Position numbers and translations under genes: made by a program. A DNA stretch of 64,000 bases from an uncultured Rhodospirillaceae bacterium (lineage in GTDB: Bacteria > Pseudomonadota > Alphaproteobacteria > Dongiales > Dongiaceae): NCBI GenBank assembly GCA_964415425.1, contig CAYQAG010000002.1:32177-96176 (forward strand), written 5' to 3'. The notes below the pieces were generated by a model. That model did no database searches, was not told the origin of the DNA, and was given only the letters and a program-made list of their open reading frames with translations. This document shows, piece by piece, positions 58,101 through 64,000 of this stretch. How positions within the stretch are numbered: the stretch's first letter is position 1; each line of letters starts with the position of its first letter.

Positions 58101-61100
58101 ACCGGCAGCGGCGTCGATACGATCAAGAGTACGGTGTCGGTCGATCTCCTCATCAATAAAGGCATCGAAATCGTCGATCTCAGCAGCGGCAAGAACAAGG
58201 CCGATGCCTATGGCGGCTACGGCGCCGAAACGCTGATCGGCAATACCGGCAATAATATCCTCGATGGGCGTTTCGGTGCCGACAGCCTGCAAGGCGGCGA
58301 TGGAGCCGATACTTACGTCGTCGACGCCGTTTCCATCTACCAAAACGGCGTCTTCGTGACCGGCGATACGGTCTTCGACCTTGTCGGCGGCAAGGGCGTC
58401 GATCTCGTCAAATCCTCGGTCGATTTCGATCTGAGCTTCAAGGCCGATACCACCAAGAATCCGAATATCAAGGACGATCACACGACGATCGAGAATCTGA
58501 CGTTGACCGGTTCGGCCAATATCAATGGCACCGGCAACGATCTCAACAACATCATCCTCGGCAATGCCGGCAACAATCGCCTCGATGGCGGCAAGGGCAA
58601 CGATAAGCTCGATGGCGGGCTCGGTAACGATTGGCTGGATGGCGGATTGTTCGGCAAGGATAGCCTGACCGGCGGCGCCGGCGACGATACTTATGTCCTG
58701 CGGGGCGCAACCGAAATCGACACGATCTCGGAAAAGCTCGACAATGTGAAGGCGGGCGGCGGCATCGATACGATCCTCTTCGATGCGCCGCTTCATAAGG
58801 GCAAGGTCACCTTCAACAATGTCTCCGATCCTAGCCCGGCGTCCAATAACGCGCTCGACCTTAACAAATTCGCCAATATCGAAAATGCGACTTATGTCGC
58901 GTATGACGATGCGACGGGTAGCAAGACCGGTACGCCCGGCGGCGTTGTCGGCCCCGGCGGCGGCGCGGGTGCGACCACGCCCAATATCACCATCATCGGC
59001 AACAAACTCGACAACGTCCTGACGGCCGGAAAAGGCAACGACACGCTCGATGGCGGTATCGGCAACGATACGCTGATCGGCGGCGCCGGCGATGATCGCT
59101 TGATCGGCGGATCGGGCAACGACACCTATTATGTCGATAGCAATAAAGACAAGGTCGACGAGAGCAAGGGCGGCGATATCAAAGTCGGGAAATCGCTGGT
59201 CAATGACAGCGATATGGTGATCTTCGAAGGGAGTTACGGCGTTTCCATTTATAATGAGGTTCTGGCCAGCGACGGCGCAGCTTCGGCGACTTTCAATACC
59301 TTCAAGGCCAATATCTTTAATAAGAATTCCAAAGGCGCCGTCGTCGATTCGACCTCGCCCAGTATCGGTTATTCCGCCTTGGTCGGGGGAACCGGGATTG
59401 AGCGCATCGGGTTCAAGATCGATGCCAGCGCGCAGCAGATCGACGGCACCAGCAAAGCCGATTATTTCGAGGGCATGCTCGGCAACGATCAATTCGACGG
59501 TAAGGCCGGCGACGACGAATTGCGCGGCATGCAGGGCGACGACACGCTGATTGGCGGTGCCGGCAACGACAAGCTCTTTGGCGGTTCCGGCAACGACACC
59601 TATGTGTTGGATGACGTCAATGATAAAGTCGACGAGCAGGGGAATACCGATACCGGCGACACGGTCGAATTCAGTGATGATAAGCTCGTCGCTAATTTCT
59701 TCAATGCCGGTCAATTTACCGGCATCGAGAATTTCACCTTCAAGGGCTCGGCGGCTTGGACCTTCGTTGGCGACGGCGCCGATAATACGATCACCGGCGG
59801 TTCGGGGGATGACATTCTCGCCGGCAATACCGGCAACGATCATCTGATCGGCGGCGCCGGAAACGACACGCTGAAAGGCGGGGTCGGCGACGATATCCTG
59901 GATGGCGGCGCGGGTGCCGATAACCTGATCGGCGGTTCGGGCAACGATCTCTATATCATCGACGATGCCAACGACACGGTCGATGAGGGCGTCGGCCTTG
60001 ACCCTAGTATTACAACCACGACTAACGGCACCAACGATACGGCCTTGGTACTGCCCTCGCTGCTGCCGGGCATGGCGGCTTATCTGCAGGCGAAAGGCAT
60101 CGAAACCATCGTCGCGTATTTCCCGATTCAAGGCACGGATCAAGACGACATCATCGATGGCGGGCCGGGCAACGATTATATCGACGCCAAGGGCGGCAAC
60201 GATATCGTGCGCGGCCATGGCGGCGACGATTATCTGGTCGGCGGGACCGGCAACGATAATCTCGATGGCGGTGCCGGCAACGATCAGGTTTTCGGCAATG
60301 ACGGCGACGATATCCTGAGGGGCGGACCGGGCAACGATTTCCTCGATGGCGGCAACGGCAACGATCAGGTCTTCGGCGAGGATAACGACGACGTCCTGAT
60401 CGGCGGCAGCGGTGACGACAAGCTCGATGGCGGCAAGGGCGCCGATACTATGACCGGCGGGTCGGGCAACGATACCTATTATGTCGACGATCTCAACGAT
60501 ATCGTCGACGAAGGCGGCAATACCGATACCAACGACACCGTCTATATCACGCAAAGCGTGGTCGATCAGGGCTACGACATCGCCGCGCTTTACGCCAAGG
60601 GAATCGAGAACGTCATCATCATTCCCAATAATGGCACGTCGAACGACGATATCTTCCATGGCGACCAGGCTTTCCCGGGCGATACCGGCCATACCGTGCC
60701 GACGCCCGATGTGTTCGATGGGAAAGGTGGCAACGATCAGATTTTCGGCTACGAGCTCGACGATATTCTCTCGGGCAGCGCCGGCAACGATCTGATCGAC
60801 GGCGGCAACGGCAACGATATTCTGGATGGTGGGTCGGAGAACGACACGATCATCGGCGGCGCCGGCGACGACAATATCATCGGCGGCACCGGCGACGATG
60901 TGATGCAAGGCGGCGCCGGCAACGACACTTACGATGTCGATAGCGCCTCGGATATCGTCGACGAGCAAGGCAATACCGATACGAACGACAGCGTCGTCCT
61001 CTCCAGCGATGCGGCGGCGGCGGCCTTCGGCGATTTCTCGAAACTCGCCGGTATCGAGAACGTTTCCTATACTGGATCGCAGAGTTGGACCTTCGCTGGC

Positions 61101-64000
61101 GACGGCAAAGACAACACGATCACCGGCGGGTCGGGCGACGATAATCTTTCCGGCGGCGGCGGCAACGACATTCTGAATGGCGGAGCCGGTAACGACAAGC
61201 TCGATGGCGGCGCTGGCAACGATATCTATGTGCTCGATTCCGCCAATGACGTGGTGAACGAGACGGGTAGCGATAGCGGCGATACGGCGATCCTCGCCAG
61301 CGATGCGGCTGCGGCGGCCTTCGGCGATTTCTCGAAACTCGCGGGCGTCGAGAACGTTTCCTATTCGGGCAGTCAAAATTGGGCCTTCACCGGCGATGCC
61401 AATAACAATGCCATTTCCGGTGGTTCGGGCAATGACGACCTCAAGGGCGGCGCGGGCAACGATACGCTCGACGGCAATGCCGGCGACGATAGCCTTGATG
61501 GCGGCACGGGCAGCGATGTCATGCGCGGCGGCTCGGGCAACGACACCTATTATCTCGACGAATTGACGGATACCGTTTCCGATCTTTCCGGCACTCGCGA
61601 TGTCGCGATTCTCTCCGGCAATGCCGTAAACTATAACACGCAAACCCTGATCGATGCCGGCATCGATTACATCATCGGCGGCAGCGACGGTGGCCCCGAC
61701 ACGGGTACCAAATTCAACGATATCTTCTATGGCGATCCGGCTTTCCCCGGCGATATCAGCCATAGCAATCCGACGGCGGATGTTTTCGATGGCCTTGCCG
61801 GGGACGATGAGATTTACGGCTTCGAGATGGATGATCTGCTTTCGGGCAGCGCGGGTAACGATTTCATCGATGGCGGCAACGGCAACGATACGCTCGATGG
61901 CGGGTCGGAGAACGACACGCTAATCGGCGGCGCCGGCGACGATACCCTGACCGGCGGCACCGGCGACGACAAGATGACCGGCGGTTCCGGTAACGACACC
62001 TATTCCATCGACAGCGCGACCGATATCGTCGATGAGAGCGGCCAAAGCGATACGGGCGATACGATCCTGCTCGCCAGTGATGCGATGGCGGCGATTGTGC
62101 ACGATTTCGCGAATTATGCCGGGATCGAGAATGCGACCTATGCGGGATCGCAGGATTGGACTTTCACCGGCGATGCCAATGCCAACGTCCTTTCTGGCGG
62201 TTCGGGCAATGATCTGCTCGACGGCGGTGCCGGCAATGACACGCTGATCGGTGGGGCCGGCAATGACGGCCTGATCGGCGGCACGGGCGACGATATCCTC
62301 GATGGCGGCGCCGGCACCGACATCATGCGCGGCGATACCGGCAACGATACCTATGTGATCGATTCTCTTGCCGATCAGGTCCAGGAAACCGGCGGCGATA
62401 GCGGCGATACAATCGTCCTTGGCAGCGATGCCGTCGCGGCGGCGGTCTCCGATTTCTCGGGCTTCACGGGGATCGAGAACGTTTCCTATGCGGGCGCCCA
62501 GGATTGGACCTTCACCGGCGATGCCAATAACAATGCGATTTCCGGCGGTTCCGGCAAGGATATTCTCGACGGCGGCGCCGGCAACGATACGCTCGTCGGC
62601 AATGCCGGCGATGACACGCTCAAAGGCGGCACGGGCAGCGATATCCTGCGCGGCGGCGACGGTAACGATACCTATTACCTCGACGAATTGACGGATATCG
62701 TTTCCGACCTTTCCGGCACCAATGATGTCGCAATCCTGTCCGGCAATGCCGTTGGTTATAATCAGCAGACCCTGATCGATGCAGGGATCGATATTATCAA
62801 AGTCGTTACTACAGGCCCCGGAACGCCACTCAACGAGATCTTCCACGGTGACGGCGGTCTTCCGCTGCATAATGTACCGACGAAGGATGTGTTCGATGGA
62901 TTAGCCGGCGACGATGAGATTTACGGTTACGAAATGGACGATCTGCTTTCGGGCAGCTCGGGTAACGATTTCATCGATGGCGGCAACGGCAACGATTTGC
63001 TTGATGGCGGGTCGGAGAACGACACGCTCCTTGGCGGCGCAGGCGACGATACTCTGATCGGCGGCACCGGCGACGATGTGATGCAAGGCGGTTCCGGCAA
63101 CGATACTTACGATGTCGATTCCGCGAACGATATTGTGGACGAACAGAGCAATACCGACAGCAACGATAGCGCCGTTCTTTCGAGCGATGCGGCGGCGGCG
63201 GCTTTCGGCGATTTCTCGAAACTCGTCGGCATTGAGAATGTTTCTTACACGGGCAGCGGCGCTTGGGTCTTCACCGGCGATGCCAATGCCAATACCATTT
63301 CCGGCGGTTCGGGCAACGACATCATCACGGGCGGCGGCGGTAACGATCATCTGATCGGCGGCGCCGGCGACGACAAGCTCGACGTCATCGGCGGTTCGGG
63401 GACGACCCTTCTCGAAGGCGGCGCCGGGAACGACGTTCTCCTCGGCGGTGCCGGCAACGATACTTTGGATGGCGGCAGCGGCGACGATTCGATGATCGGC
63501 GGCGCGGGCGACGATACCTATATCGTCGATAATCAGACCGATCTCGTCACCGAGAATCCGGGTGGCGGAATCGATACGATCATTCTGGCGAGCGATAGCT
63601 TGGCGGCGGTTTATACCGATGCCAGCCAGATTCCGAATGTCGAGAATTGGACTTATACCGGAACTTCCGATTGGACCTTCACCGGCGACAATGCCGACAA
63701 TGTCATTACCGCCGGATCGGGGAACGACAGCCTCAAGGGCGGCGCCGGCAACGATATTATCGATAGCGGCGCCGGTAACGATATCCTCGATGGCGGCACC
63801 GGCGGCGACATCATGCGCGGCGGTGCCGGCGACGATCTTTATTTTCTCGATGAATTGACGGATACCGTCTCCGATACCTCCGGCGATGACACGGCCTATC
63901 TTTTCGGCGGTGCGAAGACTTACGATATCCAAACGCTGAAAAATGCCCTAATCGAGCATATCTTCATTGTTGCCGCTGCGCCGGCGGGAACGTCGCTGGA
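55104..64000 (+). CDS. Giant RTX / calcium-binding repeat protein (>2965 aa, 3' end outside the window), putative type I-secreted adhesin or surface-layer protein
   Basis: GAGGGAG RBS; ATG at 55104 (MTTFTKDLVVGG...). Long stretches translated by hand contain no stop, and the same frame is still in register at 63900-64000. Dozens of GGxGNDxLx nonamers. Absent from the ORF track because no stop occurs in the window. Confidence 0.92.
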   Translation, partial: MTTFTKDLVVGGSGQTLEVNAGDIVTVNNFTAFGTGGTGFDTIAFFGPALSAANAILTQSGSDVIVTFAGDTSGTKVTLVGVSIANLENIAGSGNFLFNGQIAVQNDLNIDEPLIAAPKPVGQFTVAIDNGTTILTGATGNDKIDGKDTGNDGIWAGGGNDILRGFGGNDTLGGGDGNDSLDGGAGNDYLDGGLGNDKMIGGTGNDTYVVNTAKDSVSETIDNLKGGGIDTVYVSATDLAKSTYTIASLKNIDNVVVTGGNAQTVIGNALDNRITVLDSKAPVKNTLDGGKGNDILQGGAGDDIYFVDSLFDIVDEQGNKDTGDMIKTSVSMSAVLDIENYTYVGKTSWGFTGGRGGETITGGGQNDMIDGGAGNDTIDGLKGADFLIGGAGNDTYTFDNVGDRAYEDVANGGTNDIIKSSASVDLLVNKGIETVDLSISKNKADAYGGDANETLKGNIAANILDGRAGADQMSGGAGADIYVVDNAGDQVQDIGGAAKDIDTVRASISFDLSATPTKTDDRSSIENLTLTGLSDLNGRGNNLINTIIGNSGNNYLEGGDNNDKLDGGAGNDILDGGAGNDTMIGGAGNDIYIVDSDKDKVSETITNAKGGGTDTVVFVGPNATALSTKFNNKIANVDKFVFGQMGGTGNDVLNGGANGPTGDDYLFGGAGNDTMKGGAGNDFYEIDSAGDVVIENAGEGTDTVYLSFNTPVGAFTDFSNLANVEKIIYGGNRDWTFAGDGGDNFITGGSGKDNISGGLGNDTLSGGAGADVLDGGAGNDTYILDDLNDKIIDSGGTNTVILTGAALAYDRAVLNAAGFSGSNIVEIKTGSFKTDTKGVTKGTKDSDTILNLSNIQGLDGDDVLMGTSGADTLDGGKGNDVMAGGAGSDTYIVDSVDDIVDEQGNTSTGDTIKTSAAATKLVAGIENYVFIGKGSWAFAGDSANNTITGGAGNDFLDGGQGNDTLDGGKGADFMIGGAGDDKYVFDNVGDRAYEDPTIGTGSGVDTIKSTVSVDLLINKGIEIVDLSSGKNKADAYGGYGAETLIGNTGNNILDGRFGADSLQGGDGADTYVVDAVSIYQNGVFVTGDTVFDLVGGKGVDLVKSSVDFDLSFKADTTKNPNIKDDHTTIENLTLTGSANINGTGNDLNNIILGNAGNNRLDGGKGNDKLDGGLGNDWLDGGLFGKDSLTGGAGDDTYVLRGATEIDTISEKLDNVKAGGGIDTILFDAPLHKGKVTFNNVSDPSPASNNALDLNKFANIENATYVAYDDATGSKTGTPGGVVGPGGGAGATTPNITIIGNKLDNVLTAGKGNDTLDGGIGNDTLIGGAGDDRLIGGSGNDTYYVDSNKDKVDESKGGDIKVGKSLVNDSDMVIFEGSYGVSIYNEVLASDGAASATFNTFKANIFNKNSKGAVVDSTSPSIGYSALVGGTGIERIGFKIDASAQQIDGTSKADYFEGMLGNDQFDGKAGDDELRGMQGDDTLIGGAGNDKLFGGSGNDTYVLDDVNDKVDEQGNTDTGDTVEFSDDKLVANFFNAGQFTGIENFTFKGSAAWTFVGDGADNTITGGSGDDILAGNTGNDHLIGGAGNDTLKGGVGDDILDGGAGADNLIGGSGNDLYIIDDANDTVDEGVGLDPSITTTTNGTNDTALVLPSLLPGMAAYLQAKGIETIVAYFPIQGTDQDDIIDGGPGNDYIDAKGGNDIVRGHGGDDYLVGGTGNDNLDGGAGNDQVFGNDGDDILRGGPGNDFLDGGNGNDQVFGEDNDDVLIGGSGDDKLDGGKGADTMTGGSGNDTYYVDDLNDIVDEGGNTDTNDTVYITQSVVDQGYDIAALYAKGIENVIIIPNNGTSNDDIFHGDQAFPGDTGHTVPTPDVFDGKGGNDQIFGYELDDILSGSAGNDLIDGGNGNDILDGGSENDTIIGGAGDDNIIGGTGDDVMQGGAGNDTYDVDSASDIVDEQGNTDTNDSVVLSSDAAAAAFGDFSKLAGIENVSYTGSQSWTFAGDGKDNTITGGSGDDNLSGGGGNDILNGGAGNDKLDGGAGNDIYVLDSANDVVNETGSDSGDTAILASDAAAAAFGDFSKLAGVENVSYSGSQNWAFTGDANNNAISGGSGNDDLKGGAGNDTLDGNAGDDSLDGGTGSDVMRGGSGNDTYYLDELTDTVSDLSGTRDVAILSGNAVNYNTQTLIDAGIDYIIGGSDGGPDTGTKFNDIFYGDPAFPGDISHSNPTADVFDGLAGDDEIYGFEMDDLLSGSAGNDFIDGGNGNDTLDGGSENDTLIGGAGDDTLTGGTGDDKMTGGSGNDTYSIDSATDIVDESGQSDTGDTILLASDAMAAIVHDFANYAGIENATYAGSQDWTFTGDANANVLSGGSGNDLLDGGAGNDTLIGGAGNDGLIGGTGDDILDGGAGTDIMRGDTGNDTYVIDSLADQVQETGGDSGDTIVLGSDAVAAAVSDFSGFTGIENVSYAGAQDWTFTGDANNNAISGGSGKDILDGGAGNDTLVGNAGDDTLKGGTGSDILRGGDGNDTYYLDELTDIVSDLSGTNDVAILSGNAVGYNQQTLIDAGIDIIKVVTTGPGTPLNEIFHGDGGLPLHNVPTKDVFDGLAGDDEIYGYEMDDLLSGSSGNDFIDGGNGNDLLDGGSENDTLLGGAGDDTLIGGTGDDVMQGGSGNDTYDVDSANDIVDEQSNTDSNDSAVLSSDAAAAAFGDFSKLVGIENVSYTGSGAWVFTGDANANTISGGSGNDIITGGGGNDHLIGGAGDDKLDVIGGSGTTLLEGGAGNDVLLGGAGNDTLDGGSGDDSMIGGAGDDTYIVDNQTDLVTENPGGGIDTIILASDSLAAVYTDASQIPNVENWTYTGTSDWTFTGDNADNVITAGSGNDSLKGGAGNDIIDSGAGNDILDGGTGGDIMRGGAGDDLYFLDELTDTVSDTSGDDTAYLFGGAKTYDIQTLKNALIEHIFIVAAAPAGTSL
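60648..64000 (+). repeat. ~1.07-1.12 kb tandem intragenic repeat units in the giant RTX gene
   Basis: The unit DIFxGD...DVFDG..G.D.I.G.E.DD.LSGS.GND.IDGGNGND.LDGGSENDT begins at 60648, 61719 and 62835 (offsets 1071 and 1116 bp); a fourth unit appears to start at the window edge. Confidence 0.85.

Noticed and set aside
56979-61763. 1594-aa minus-strand ORF (and similar ones at 55617-56579, 61920-62870, 62901-63932)
   Set aside because: It is in exact antisense register to the RTX frame. Antisense stops need sense TTA/CTA/TCA codons, which are rare here, and these ORFs end precisely at such codons (TTA at 56979, CTA at 61920). Shadow ORFs.
55500-64000. Repeated GGCGGCGCCGGCAACGA-type DNA motifs as a CRISPR array
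   Set aside because: They are codon-level RTX nonamer repeats inside an open frame, with degenerate copies and irregular spacing; no cas genes.

Overview
GC-rich alphaproteobacterial chromosomal window (Rhodospirillales-like gene content; taxonomy is inference). Most of it is housekeeping or metabolic: a ynjBCD-like ABC importer, apaG-folE-argE, bcp-glnE, a YhdP/AsmA-like protein, a form II coxG-S-L-M molybdo-flavoprotein cluster, a GS-like/aminotransferase pair, MATE, rpmJ, glcDEF, a Mo-bisPGD oxidoreductase, two MFS, cyaY-ABC-ACAD, rpmE, NDUFA12-mlaD-DUF2155-aat, and a glycerol glpR-D-S-T-P-Q-U-V cluster. Three accessory elements stand out. (1) A ~2.1 kb AT-rich islet between tRNA-Gly(CCC) and a 46-bp duplicate of its 3' half carries only a DUF262-DUF1524 (GmrSD/SspE-like) nuclease gene and no integrase. 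(2) A 681-aa RTX protein lies at 34-36 kb. (3) A giant RTX ORF starts at 55104, stays open past the window end (>2965 aa, absent from the supplied ORF track), is built from nested repeats, and is preceded by an AT-rich orphan ORF. No CRISPR array, rRNA, transposase or integrase was seen.
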